Shown here one piece after another: positions 45,871 to 55,919 of a stretch of 64,000 nt of DNA. Positions within the stretch are counted from its first letter, which is position 1. Each line of letters starts with the position of its first letter. The DNA comes from Escherichia coli (GTDB lineage Bacteria > Pseudomonadota > Gammaproteobacteria > Enterobacterales > Enterobacteriaceae). The DNA lies in the NCBI RefSeq assembly GCF_030013205.1, contig NZ_CP122649.1. One strand, given 5' to 3'. The notes under the pieces were generated by a model. That model ran no database searches and was not told where the DNA came from. It worked only from the letters and a program-made list of their open reading frames with translations. Position numbers and translations under genes: made by a program.

Positions 45871-46900
45871 CTCCTAAACTTCCACCCACATTCAGATAGT
45901 TCACTGGGTCCGCCGTTGGCATATCGTACCCTTCCAGTTTCTTATCCATTATTCGTTGCAATAAGAACGGGTCAGAGTCCATTTCTGATTTATTCACAGT
46001 AATTACGCCATCCTCGCCAATGGTATATTGGCGCTTAATATCTAAAGTGGACTGGAAAGAGGCATCATCAATCAGCTTCATGCCTTTTGCAGCCAGAATA
46101 ATAGTATTCTTGAGCTCCTCAGCAGTGATCATGCCTTCGCTTATTCGTTGCGCTGATGACCCATCTTTTGAGACAAGGAAAATAGTTGGAACTTCACGGA
46201 TTTTAAATTGATCAATAATCTGCGCATTAGGTACAGAGAAATCCTGGAACAACCCATTCTGTAGTGGTCTGCCGTCCATGCTGACAGGAAGAATGTCGAC
46301 AGAATAGTAATTCTCCATAAACTGGAGTATTTGACTTTCTTCGTGGCAGAACTGACAAGTACTCTGGAAAAAGAAAAACAGCCCGGATTTAGTGAAAATA
46401 TCTTTCATAACCGACTGCTGATTTTTCTCGACCACCGTACGATGTGCATCGAGCGCTACCTTTTCAACCGGTTGCCTGCGTTTTTCAGACATCATTGGAT
46501 TTTTAAGGAAATAATCTTTCGATTTATCCGAAAACCGCGTACCGATATCCAGCATTAAACGTTGTGCTGTATAAAATCTCGATAAATTTTCAGGGGTCGG
46601 ATTATCCATAGCCTTGGTCAAAAGCTGAGGCATATTGTCCTTTAGCCACTTTGAATTAAGCTCAATCTTTTCTTCTTGTTCTGGCTGGGTCGAAGATGCA
46701 ACAGGAGGCTTGGTCTCTGTAATTTCTTCCTCAGTTTTCCTTGTCGGGTCGTCATACCAGAAAAAGCCTTTCTTGAAGGCCTGTCCTGATACAAAGGGAG
46801 TGTCTTTGATAAGGGCCTGCTCTTCATTTGCATGGACCCCAGTAATAAACAAAGACAGCAGCACTAACATCTTTGAAGGTATTAACGTTAATCGAGTCAT
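45854..46900 (-). CDS. trhF: F-type TraF/TrbB-like thioredoxin-fold pilus assembly protein (TrhF-like, CQFC)
   Basis: Signal peptide; C-terminal thioredoxin-like region with CQFC; overlaps trhH start. Confidence 0.75.
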   Translation of the reverse strand: MTRLTLIPSKMLVLLSLFITGVHANEEQALIKDTPFVSGQAFKKGFFWYDDPTRKTEEEITETKPPVASSTQPEQEEKIELNSKWLKDNMPQLLTKAMDNPTPENLSRFYTAQRLMLDIGTRFSDKSKDYFLKNPMMSEKRRQPVEKVALDAHRTVVEKNQQSVMKDIFTKSGLFFFFQSTCQFCHEESQILQFMENYYSVDILPVSMDGRPLQNGLFQDFSVPNAQIIDQFKIREVPTIFLVSKDGSSAQRISEGMITAEELKNTIILAAKGMKLIDDASFQSTLDIKRQYTIGEDGVITVNKSEMDSDPFLLQRIMDKKLEGYDMPTADPVNYLNVGGSLGGAYAR

Positions 46901-47511
46901 TTACCGATCTCCTCATGGAATAGAGGTATGATGGCATAGAAAAAAACTTCATGAGCTCGGTAACGGGGTAGATTTCAAACGTTAAAAAGTCATAAATGTG
47001 ACTACTAGAAAGACCCTGAAAGGGCTGTTGAACTTCTGTGTGCAGGGAAGGTATGGGAGCTAAAAAGGTGGGAAAATAGTTATCAGCATAGTTAATTGAA
47101 TCTGAATTCAATTCCAGACGATACTTTTAAAAATTTCTAGATGAGCGCCGCATTCGATTGATTTTCGAATCGGGAATTTTCGATAAATTAAAAAAACTGA
47201 GGATATATTATTTGGCAAGAAAACGGTTTAATGTGTTTATATCATATGCAGTATTGACCTAAAAAATGCCATTTCATGTTAGTCATACTTATGCAGAGAA
47301 AAGTTAGGCAGAATTGACTGGGTAATGAGCAACTACGGTTGAAAATAATATTAGCATAATCGTTTCAGTTACGTTAGGCCGGAAGCTGTCTGAAGAAAAC
47401 AGCAACATGTAGTCTATTTTGCAGTGAAGTAAGTAAAGAAATTTTGTAGTTAACGAAGAAACATCCCTGGGAATTTTGACCTCTACTTAAATCACTCACA
47501 TAAAATAACAG

Positions 47512-48030
47512 CTAATCTAACTCTTCCTGGGAATACCGTGCTATTGCCGATGACGTGGACGACAATCTGCATCGAGGACAATGAGTATCATTGGTATACG
47601 GGACAATATAAGGGCGCTTACATTTCGCACAAGTTTCAAGCTCCTCGATTTCTTTCATTGACGTTAGAATCTCAATGATTTTATTTACCTCAGGAGCGCA
47701 GACGAAATATCCAAGGTTATGCAGCACACTCATGATGCGGTTGAAGTCAATATTTCGAAAACTGGATTCCGGGTGAATAGGATCAAAACCGAAATAGTTT
47801 ACAGCGACATCAATAACCGCAGAAAAAGCCCTGCGGTTATCCGTGCGGCGACTCCACCCACGAATCCCTTTTTTAAAGTTTTGTTGAGGTTCAGACCTGA
47901 AGTCTATATTTTCGGCAACATGATTTCCATAGAGTATCCTTATGGAATTTTTATTGGCACCAAGAGACATCGTTTTTGTAGCGCTCAATAACATGTTAGC
48001 TTTAGTTTGATCGACTTTAGCCATATTCAA
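47512..48030 (-). CDS. hypothetical protein with C-terminal CxxC-x(n)-CxxC zinc ribbon, possible transfer regulator
   Basis: 172 aa; CAKCKRPYIVPYTNDTHCPRC; 4-bp overlap with the upstream gene, next to oriT. Confidence 0.55.
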   Translation of the reverse strand: MNMAKVDQTKANMLLSATKTMSLGANKNSIRILYGNHVAENIDFRSEPQQNFKKGIRGWSRRTDNRRAFSAVIDVAVNYFGFDPIHPESSFRNIDFNRIMSVLHNLGYFVCAPEVNKIIEILTSMKEIEELETCAKCKRPYIVPYTNDTHCPRCRLSSTSSAIARYSQEELD

Positions 48031-48854
48031 TAATCCTTCAAGAGCACTTTATTTGCCAAAGTATTGAACACATCCTGACGGTGGCATGTAAACATAGTGT
48101 CGTAACGCAGTAATTCCATTAAATCGTCACTAATTTTACCCAAACGAATATCGGCAGATATTTCGTATGCCCAAGCAAATACCTTTGATTTTAGCGTAGC
48201 ACTGTCATCCCCCAGACCTGGCGTAAAGGGAATTGTTCGTGGAAAGAGAACGACATCATTAATTAATTTAAGTGATGACATCCCGACATCTTTTATTGCT
48301 TCAACGGTGGCAGGTTTTAATCCAAAAAAGATACTAACAAACTCAGGTGCAAGCATTGACATAAAGAAAACTTGCATTAAGTAATCATTTTGAATGTCTA
48401 CACACTTAGAACGTAGTTGCTGAATTTTTCTCGGATTATAAAATTCCTCCTGCCCGCTGAGCAAAGTTACTTTTTCACCTTCATTGTAAATGCCGAAGTC
48501 AGTATCTTCACTGTCATATTCTCGAATGACGTTAGTGTCGCCATCAACTACAGCTACAAAGAATTTGTCCCAAGAGATCTCTTTACTTAAAGAACGAGGA
48601 ACGAGGAAGCTTCCTGGCCGAGTTTCAACTTCAAATGCATTATCAATCATAGCTCCAAATCCATTACCAAATAGTCGGCGTTGGAGGAGTGGTGATCCAG
48701 TTTGATACTTAGAAGATCCATGAAGAGGCAATAACATTAAGAAGGCACGGTAACTACGAATAATCGAAATCTCGGTACGTAATAGTTTACCGAGTAAATT
48801 ACGCGTGATGTTATCTGATTCTGACATGTGCGGATTGTCCTTGCGCCAATACAA
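48027..48854 (-). CDS. hypothetical protein, 275 aa, first gene leftward of oriT (possible transfer regulator)
   Basis: Track ORF; the 15-bp palindrome lies about 47 bp upstream of its start. Confidence 0.55.
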   Translation of the reverse strand: MYWRKDNPHMSESDNITRNLLGKLLRTEISIIRSYRAFLMLLPLHGSSKYQTGSPLLQRRLFGNGFGAMIDNAFEVETRPGSFLVPRSLSKEISWDKFFVAVVDGDTNVIREYDSEDTDFGIYNEGEKVTLLSGQEEFYNPRKIQQLRSKCVDIQNDYLMQVFFMSMLAPEFVSIFFGLKPATVEAIKDVGMSSLKLINDVVLFPRTIPFTPGLGDDSATLKSKVFAWAYEISADIRLGKISDDLMELLRYDTMFTCHRQDVFNTLANKVLLKDY

Positions 48855-48900
48855 TTGTACGAATCTTCTACATGAAATTAAGGTCTGGATTCTGAAGGAT

Positions 48901-48915
48901 GAAAAGTAACTTTTG
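48901..48915. repeat. 15-bp palindrome GAAAAGTAACTTTTG (recurrent transfer-region motif)
   Basis: 7-1-7 inverted repeat; one of about 10 copies between 35.6 and 60.6 kb. Confidence 0.7.
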
Positions 48916-49154
48916 GAATTTTAATACTGCCGCTTTGAACCTTAAAACTAACCTTTCAGCCATTACCCTTACTTGTAACACTTTTTAACCAAACTAACCA
49001 GAATTTTATCAAAAAACCCTGACCTTGCTAACGAAATGTGAACCGTATAAAAAAACCTCAAAGCCTGAGTCGTTATCGGCATTAAGTAGCAATAACCTTA
49101 GGGAAAAATGCGCGTAAGCATGATTATTTTTTCGATTGTTTAACATGACTACTA

Positions 49155-49318
49155 CATAGGGTCACTTTTTGCTGAAAAGTGGCCCTATGCACCATCGACA
49201 TAGGGTCACTTCTTGATGAAAAGTGACCCTATGTAATCACGACATAGGGTCACTTTTTTTAAAAGTGGCACTATGCGTCAAAATCATAGGGTCACTTTCC
49301 TTTAAAAAGTGGCACTAG
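49155..49318. repeat. four tandem 42-44-bp units, each a 33-35-bp palindrome (CATAGGGTCACTT-N-AAGTGRCCCTATG); putative oriT / relaxosome or regulator binding array
   Basis: Units at about 49155-49189, 49199-49233, 49243-49275 and 49285-49318 between divergent transfer operons. Confidence 0.75.
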
Positions 49319-49385
49319 ATAGATGTATAACTTAGTAGGTAAAACAGTTCTTTTCAGATCACGATCTCAGCAATAAGCATTGCTG

Positions 49386-49400
49386 GAAAAGTTACTTTTC
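49386..49400. repeat. 15-bp palindrome GAAAAGTTACTTTTC (recurrent transfer-region motif)
   Basis: Perfect 7-1-7 inverted repeat about 185 bp upstream of the first gene of the relaxase operon. Confidence 0.7.
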
Positions 49401-49584
49401 TTCCACGATAAAATGCGGACCTTTTGGCCGTTCCCGTTTACATCTGATGTCACTCACTCTCAGTGCTTCCTCCATTCTTAAATTTGCCATGCAAAATTCT
49501 CGAAAAAATTCACAGAAAAAAGTCCCGTTCGTGAAAAAAAATTGAAAATCACTTCGGTATAGTGATTTCACATCAGGAGGCCCC

Positions 49585-50070
49585 ATGTCTAAATCGAAGC
49601 TATTAAAGTCATTGGAGATTTCACGTACTTTATTGCGCTCACAAATCGATGTTCTTCGAGAAGAGGCTGAAGAACTGATCACCAATTATTGGATCGAGTG
49701 GAAAGAACGGAATCACATTGAGAGGAATTTACCCAGGGATAGCAAAACTCTAAAGAAGGAGTATCTGGGTTCATATGCACCAAAAGTTGAGCTAATTGGT
49801 AATGCCAGGAAAGTCACCATTACCTGGCATCAGTTTAGCCCGTATAAAAACAGGCCACCTAGTCACATGTCGAAACGGATTTCACCGATGAAAAGTGGAA
49901 AATATACGAAAAGCTGCTTTGTTAATCATGCCAGCTGGGAATATGAAATGATTGAAAAAACGGAGGGATTACTGGAACCCTACAGAGAATTACTTGAGTT
50001 CTACCATGCTGCATATATCGAACTGGGACGAAAAGTCCGTCAATACTCAAAATCAGAGGTGGCACAATGA
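49585..50070 (+). CDS. hypothetical protein, 161 aa, first gene of relaxase operon (possible relaxosome accessory protein)
   Basis: Track ORF with GGAGG RBS; 4-bp overlap with the next ORF. Confidence 0.55.
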   Translation: MSKSKLLKSLEISRTLLRSQIDVLREEAEELITNYWIEWKERNHIERNLPRDSKTLKKEYLGSYAPKVELIGNARKVTITWHQFSPYKNRPPSHMSKRISPMKSGKYTKSCFVNHASWEYEMIEKTEGLLEPYRELLEFYHAAYIELGRKVRQYSKSEVAQ

Positions 50071-50789
50071 CCGATGTAACAATGAATGAAAGCGAGCATA
50101 AGGTACCTGACGTAAATACCCGCTCCCCTCATGCGTCCGATAATAGCCGTAGGGTCGTGCAAAGTAAAAATGAACATTACGGCATGGCTACAGTAACTAT
50201 TACCCCAGGCACGCCAGACTTTAACCGATTTCTCACGGCACGTAATCGTTCCGTAATAAGAGGGTTTGATGATGTCAGTATTGCCATTTCATCCTTATTC
50301 AGAACGGTCAATGCAGTTAAGCACCCCGAACTAGTGCAGGCAATTCAAGACTGGTTCAATGAATTGCACGAAGAAAATAATCTAATGAAGAACAATCTGG
50401 AGCGCCACATTGCCACCATCCATATCGATGAAAGCGATCCGTTCTTCTCATCAACTGAGTTTTCACCGTTCAGATTTGAACCTGTACAGTTAAACTTCAA
50501 CAATCAAAACACGATGCGCTTTTATAAGCACATCTTTGAAATGAACAACCTTCTGACACAGATGCACAAATTCAACTCTCTGGGTCAATTACCGGTTAGC
50601 GATTACAACGTTATGGCCCACAATATTATCCGGAGCCTTAATATGTATATCGAACGGGTCAAGAAAACACTTAACGTTTCCCGCCGCGCAAAAGGTGCTT
50701 ACAGTCCTGATGAGTTCATCGAAAAGGTAAAGCAGTATAAAAGCGTGCAAGCATATATTGCTGCGGAACTGTCTGGTAAACGCCGGTAA
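50067..50789 (+). CDS. hypothetical protein, 240 aa
   Basis: Track ORF, translationally coupled to the upstream gene; ends just before the relaxase start. Confidence 0.5.
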   Translation: MTDVTMNESEHKVPDVNTRSPHASDNSRRVVQSKNEHYGMATVTITPGTPDFNRFLTARNRSVIRGFDDVSIAISSLFRTVNAVKHPELVQAIQDWFNELHEENNLMKNNLERHIATIHIDESDPFFSSTEFSPFRFEPVQLNFNNQNTMRFYKHIFEMNNLLTQMHKFNSLGQLPVSDYNVMAHNIIRSLNMYIERVKKTLNVSRRAKGAYSPDEFIEKVKQYKSVQAYIAAELSGKRR

Positions 50790-50799
50790 GGATTATTTG

Positions 50800-53700
50800 A
50801 TGAATTTCAGGGCACTCTTCTTAAGTATGCAACGAGTTTTTGGCATTTTCTCCAGAAGGGAGAATGATGTATCTGAGTTAATGATGAAGGATGCAGCGAA
50901 CTTCTCGCCATTTGCTCAGATTATAGGAGAGCAGAAATACACTGTGCCGGACCACCCGAATCCTGAAGTCCTGAAATTCATTGAATACCCAACCAGGCCT
51001 GCGGGGATACAGACATTTAATGAGCAGTCTATTCTTTCGTTGTACAGAGACAAGCTGCACTCTATTTCTATGATGCTGGCAATAAGTGATGGAGACATTC
51101 GGGAGGATGCCTATACCTTCACTAATCTGGTGTTAAAACCATTGATTGAATACATCCGCTGGATTCATTTACTTCCTGCGTCAGAGAATCATCACCATAA
51201 TGGTATTGGAGGATTGTTGTCTCACAGCCTGGAAGTGGCGATGATCTCTTTAAAAAATGCCAATCACTCTGAATTACGTCCGATTGGCTATCAGGATGAA
51301 GAAGTGGTTCGCCGAAAAGTTTATCTGTATGCCGCTTTTATCTGCGGCCTAGTACATGATGCAGGGAAGGTATATGACCTTGATATAGTTAGTCTCAACT
51401 TGAGTGAAACATTAACATGGGCGCCAAGCTCGCAAAGCCTTCTTGACTGGGCACGAGAAAACAATGTTGTTGAATATGAAATACATTGGCGAAAACGTAT
51501 TCATAACCAACATAATATATGGTCCAGCGTATTTCTTGAGAGGATTTTAGATCCTGTCTGTATGTCATTCCTTGACCGAGTCAAAAAGGAGCGTGTCTAT
51601 GCAAAAATGGTTACGGCACTTAATGTCTATAACGACGGCAATGACTTTTTATCAAAATGTGTAAGAACTTCTGATTATTACTCTACAGGTACTGATCTTA
51701 ATGTGTTGAGGGACCCGATAATGGGTCTTCGTTCGAATGATGCTGCGGCTAGGGCAATAGGTACCATTAAGCATAACTTTACTAGCATTAATATTAATAA
51801 CTATAAAACTAAACCCATGCACATCATTATTGTAAACGGTGAAGTTTACCTCAATGAAAACGCCTTTCTCGACTTTGTACTGAGTGATTTTGCAGCCCAT
51901 AAGTTCAACTTCCCGCAGGGAGATGCAGGCAAAACAGTACTTGTCGAATCTCTGGTGCAACGGGGTTATGTTGAACCTTACGACGATGAACGTGTGGTTC
52001 ATTACTTTATTCCCGGGACATATTCGGAAAATGAAATTGCAAGCATCTTCCGGAACGGTATTGGTAAGCTGGAATTTTATAACCTCTTAAAACTGCGTTG
52101 GATCGGGTTAATTTTTGATTCATATAAAATCCCGGATTCAGTTCCTGGTCTGTTCAGCGTTAATGCGAATAAAGATTTCATCTATATTGATGAGCAGAAA
52201 ACTGTAACGGAATACAGAAGGCCGGTCCCGGGTCGTGAGTCTGTTACCAGAGTAACGGACACTGTCAATGACGCCATTGAGAATACCCCACAGTATGGAC
52301 TTCAGCTCGTAAACGGCCCTGATGCCGACAGTAACAATATTATTAGCAGTGAAAATACTGAATCCATTACGGATAGTTTGGAAGAGTCTGGCGCGGATAT
52401 CTCAAACGAGATTTTTGAAACGCAAGTTGTTACGGCAATTGATACTGCCGAAACGGTAAACGCGGATGAGCCAGAACAGGTAGAAGAGCATGACGACCGG
52501 AGCCAGATTTATCTGGTTGAACAACTTCATGAAATGCTGTTGAGCGCCCCACTGCCCCATCATGCCGTCATTAATATTGATTCCGTACCTTACCTGGATC
52601 TCGATGCTGCGATTGCGTTAATCCCGGGTATAGATGAGGCGGCATTTTGTAATGGGCCATTTTTCCAGTTGACATACCGTGATGGGTCTCTAGATGGTAT
52701 GTGGATAGTCCGTGATGTAAACAATCTACGCCTGATACAGCTGGGGGATAACTGCGCCGGTATGCAAGTAAGCACATCGGAACCACGAAACACGTCATCG
52801 CTGAAATCACTATTTGATACGTCAATGTACCAACCGTTGGATATCCCTGAAGCTCCATCAGTAAACGAAGCTGCTTCGCCTCCACAAACACCGCTTGAAC
52901 TCCCCCAACCACGACTGAATGCACCTGTGGCTGAAGAGGCCAGCTCGGTAGCTGAACAGACTAACGCCCACTCCGAACCGGATTCCGTCATCGCTACTGA
53001 GTATGAGCAATATGGTCATTTGCTGGAAGAGACCCTTGATAGCGATGGTGAGGCATATTCTGATTTAATTGCCTCTGACAGTACTGAGGCAGAATACCCC
53101 GCCACTGATCCGCAGAGCAGCGATTTTGCCCAATTACCTCGTGAAACGGCCCTGTCCGTTGCGCCCGGTGATTTGGATTACTCAGAGGGTGCCATTAAGC
53201 CACCAGCACCCGATGCAACCGGAAAAGAAACAATACTAACAAGTCCTGAACCAGCAGAGGATGTCCGAGAAACGGTAGCCGCCGTGGAGAAAGCGAGTCA
53301 TCTTTCTCCGGCATTGGCTCGACTCTTTGCTGTAAGCACCCATGCTGAGAAGAAGCATGAAAAAACGCAGGAACCCTCCCCTGTTAAAGAGGTTAAAAAT
53401 CCAACCTCCTCTACCACAGTTAAGGCTCCTATTTCCATTGAACCACCAGGCGCTGAAGAGAAAGAGGCGGTGGAAGAATTCACCCTGTTAAACGACGGTG
53501 AAGTCACAGAACTCGAATATGTCGAGATTGCCACCATGCTCCACCAAATTCTGACGAAGTTATCTGGGTCGTTCAAAAGAAAGAGGAAAAACCGGTTCAT
53601 GGTTTTGACCCAGAACACCTTTTATCTGACGCAGTCATGTATTGAAAAGTACGGAACGCAGCTAAATGCGCCTGAGCTTTTTAACCAACTTCCTCAGTAC

Positions 53701-53835
53701 CAGGTCACATCCGGTGCCGTAGTCAATACAAAATGCATTGCATTCAACATACCAACTCTGGTCGCCGCATCAGACCGGGCAAAGGTCGATATTGAGTTAA
53801 TTATTAACAAGCTAAAAGAGGTCGGGAATCTGTAA
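50800..53835 (+). CDS. traI: MOBH-family conjugative relaxase (HD-domain type), TraI-like
   Basis: HD-like signature HHHNGIGGLLSHSLEVA; start chosen at MNFRALF (1011 aa); long acidic, Pro-rich linker in the C-terminal half. Confidence 0.7.
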   Translation: MNFRALFLSMQRVFGIFSRRENDVSELMMKDAANFSPFAQIIGEQKYTVPDHPNPEVLKFIEYPTRPAGIQTFNEQSILSLYRDKLHSISMMLAISDGDIREDAYTFTNLVLKPLIEYIRWIHLLPASENHHHNGIGGLLSHSLEVAMISLKNANHSELRPIGYQDEEVVRRKVYLYAAFICGLVHDAGKVYDLDIVSLNLSETLTWAPSSQSLLDWARENNVVEYEIHWRKRIHNQHNIWSSVFLERILDPVCMSFLDRVKKERVYAKMVTALNVYNDGNDFLSKCVRTSDYYSTGTDLNVLRDPIMGLRSNDAAARAIGTIKHNFTSININNYKTKPMHIIIVNGEVYLNENAFLDFVLSDFAAHKFNFPQGDAGKTVLVESLVQRGYVEPYDDERVVHYFIPGTYSENEIASIFRNGIGKLEFYNLLKLRWIGLIFDSYKIPDSVPGLFSVNANKDFIYIDEQKTVTEYRRPVPGRESVTRVTDTVNDAIENTPQYGLQLVNGPDADSNNIISSENTESITDSLEESGADISNEIFETQVVTAIDTAETVNADEPEQVEEHDDRSQIYLVEQLHEMLLSAPLPHHAVINIDSVPYLDLDAAIALIPGIDEAAFCNGPFFQLTYRDGSLDGMWIVRDVNNLRLIQLGDNCAGMQVSTSEPRNTSSLKSLFDTSMYQPLDIPEAPSVNEAASPPQTPLELPQPRLNAPVAEEASSVAEQTNAHSEPDSVIATEYEQYGHLLEETLDSDGEAYSDLIASDSTEAEYPATDPQSSDFAQLPRETALSVAPGDLDYSEGAIKPPAPDATGKETILTSPEPAEDVRETVAAVEKASHLSPALARLFAVSTHAEKKHEKTQEPSPVKEVKNPTSSTTVKAPISIEPPGAEEKEAVEEFTLLNDGEVTELEYVEIATMLHQILTKLSGSFKRKRKNRFMVLTQNTFYLTQSCIEKYGTQLNAPELFNQLPQYQVTSGAVVNTKCIAFNIPTLVAASDRAKVDIELIINKLKEVGNL

Positions 53836-55919
53836 TGACAAAATCAAAAAGAACCAACCTGCACGCTCAGGAAAACTTTTACAGGCCGATACTGGAGTAC
53901 AGAAGTGCCTCAGTGCTTTTAATTTGCGCCGTCATAATGCTGGTTATGGGCTTTCGTTCAGATGGGGTGAATATTGCCCCTATCATTCTTTATACCGCTG
54001 TTTTCCTGCTTTTGGTTTGTTTGTACCGTTGTAAAACGGCACACCCCTATTTGATGGCACACTGGCGCGTATTTCAGCGCCAGATAATGTTTATTAGCCT
54101 CAAGTCGCTCAGGACGATCAATAAAAGTAACTTTTTCTCGAACGAGCGAAAGTATCGCCAGCTGGTACAAGAGTATAAAAAAAATAACCGACCAGTACCG
54201 GATAGAAAAACCTACTTTTGTAACGGCTTTGAATGGGGTCCCGAGCATGCAGACCGCGCATATCAAATTGCTAATCTCTCAAGTGACAAAAGAGAGATAG
54301 CCCTGCCATTTGTTCTAAGCCCTATAGCGCGACATTTTGAAACAATGGCCAGATCCATGGGGGGCAATAACGCCATCTTTGCTGTTGACCGGCGGGCACC
54401 CATTTTTGTGACCGAAGATAACTGGTTCGGACATACCCTCATTACCGGAAACGTCGGTACCGGTAAAACGGTACTTCAGCGCTTACTGAGCATCAGCATG
54501 CTGCATTTGGGCCATGTCATTGTGGTTATTGACCCGAAGAATGACGCTGAGTGGCGACAGTCACTGATGGATGAAGCGTCAGAACTGGGGTTGCCATTTT
54601 ATAAATTTCACCCAGCCCAGCCGTCTTCATCGGTGTGTATTGATGTATGCAATGCTTACACAAATGTTTCGGACCTCACCTCACGACTTCTTAGTCTGGT
54701 TTCGGTTCCCGGGGAAGTTAACCCATTCGTGCAATATGCCGAAGCTCTCGTCTCAACGGTGATCACTGGTCTGTCTTACACGGATAAAAAACCGTCGATA
54801 TATCTCATCCACAAAAACATGAAAAGCCATATGTCTGTTGTGAACCTAACGATAAAAGTAATGGAATGCTGCTTTGCACGACACTACGGGCCTGATGTCT
54901 GGATGGAAAAGGTGAAATACGCTTCGAATGACACTCTTCAGGTTCGATTTAAGCGCCTGACAGAATGGTTTAATGCCCATTTTCTTAATTATGAAGGCGC
55001 CGAGCCCATTGAATGGATTGATACCGTCGGTCGGTTAGTGGATTACTCCATGTCTGATCCTGAACACATGTCTAAAATGACGGCGGGTATTATGCCGCTA
55101 TTTAGTCGACTGACTGAACAACCACTGAATGAATTGCTTTCGCCGTCTCCTAATACACTCACTTCGCGTGAAATAGTCACTTCAGATGGGATGTTCAGTA
55201 CCGGCGGAGTTCTGTATATCTCGCTCGATGGCCTTTCCAACCCGGAATCAGCCCGGGCCATTTCGCAGTTGATAATGTCAGATCTTACGTCTTGTGCGGG
55301 TAGTCGTTATAACGCTGACGATGGTGATATGTCTTCCCATTCAAGAATCAGTATTTTCGTCGACGAAGCACACTCTGCCATAAACAATTCAATGATAAAC
55401 TTACTCGCACAGGGTCGTGCCGCTCAAATTGCATTATTTATCTGCACGCAAACTATTTCCGACTTTATTGCAGCAGCGAACGCTGAGACGGCAAACCGTA
55501 TTACAGGTCTATGTAACAACTACATTAGCCTGCGGGTAAACGACACACCAACACAAACGCTGGTCGTAGAAAACTTTGGTAAGAGTCCAATTAGTACAAA
55601 TATGGTCACGTATACGACAGGATCTGAAACCACTTTGCCGCATAATAACTTCTCTGGGTCAATATCAGAAAGAAAGCAAACAACGCTGGAAGAAAGTATT
55701 CCAAAAGAGCTTTTGGGCCAGGTCCCCAAATTCCATATTGTGGCCAGACTTCAGGATGGTCGTAAAGTTGTCGGGCAGATCCCGATTGCCGTAAGTGAAA
55801 AAGCGATGAAACCCAATACGACGTTACTGGAGATGTTCCTGAAACCCGCCGGAAAAGTAACTTTGCGCCAGAATGTGGGTTTAAGCTATTTAAATAAATA
55901 TCTAAGGAAATTGCATTGA
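53835..55919 (+). CDS. traG: type IV coupling protein (TraG/TraD/VirD4 family ATPase)
   Basis: 694 aa; two N-terminal TM helices, Walker A GNVGTGKT, Walker B-like ISIFVDEAHS; start overlaps relaxase stop. Confidence 0.8.
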   Translation: MTKSKRTNLHAQENFYRPILEYRSASVLLICAVIMLVMGFRSDGVNIAPIILYTAVFLLLVCLYRCKTAHPYLMAHWRVFQRQIMFISLKSLRTINKSNFFSNERKYRQLVQEYKKNNRPVPDRKTYFCNGFEWGPEHADRAYQIANLSSDKREIALPFVLSPIARHFETMARSMGGNNAIFAVDRRAPIFVTEDNWFGHTLITGNVGTGKTVLQRLLSISMLHLGHVIVVIDPKNDAEWRQSLMDEASELGLPFYKFHPAQPSSSVCIDVCNAYTNVSDLTSRLLSLVSVPGEVNPFVQYAEALVSTVITGLSYTDKKPSIYLIHKNMKSHMSVVNLTIKVMECCFARHYGPDVWMEKVKYASNDTLQVRFKRLTEWFNAHFLNYEGAEPIEWIDTVGRLVDYSMSDPEHMSKMTAGIMPLFSRLTEQPLNELLSPSPNTLTSREIVTSDGMFSTGGVLYISLDGLSNPESARAISQLIMSDLTSCAGSRYNADDGDMSSHSRISIFVDEAHSAINNSMINLLAQGRAAQIALFICTQTISDFIAAANAETANRITGLCNNYISLRVNDTPTQTLVVENFGKSPISTNMVTYTTGSETTLPHNNFSGSISERKQTTLEESIPKELLGQVPKFHIVARLQDGRKVVGQIPIAVSEKAMKPNTTLLEMFLKPAGKVTLRQNVGLSYLNKYLRKLH

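Noticed and set aside
46824-47111. 95-aa ORF overlapping the start of trhF
   Set aside because: It overlaps the trhF start in another frame within an AT-rich leader and has no RBS.
49155-49318. Possible CRISPR array
   Set aside because: The units are themselves palindromes separated by only 7-10 bp, with no repeat-spacer architecture and no cas genes; a protein-binding or oriT array fits better.
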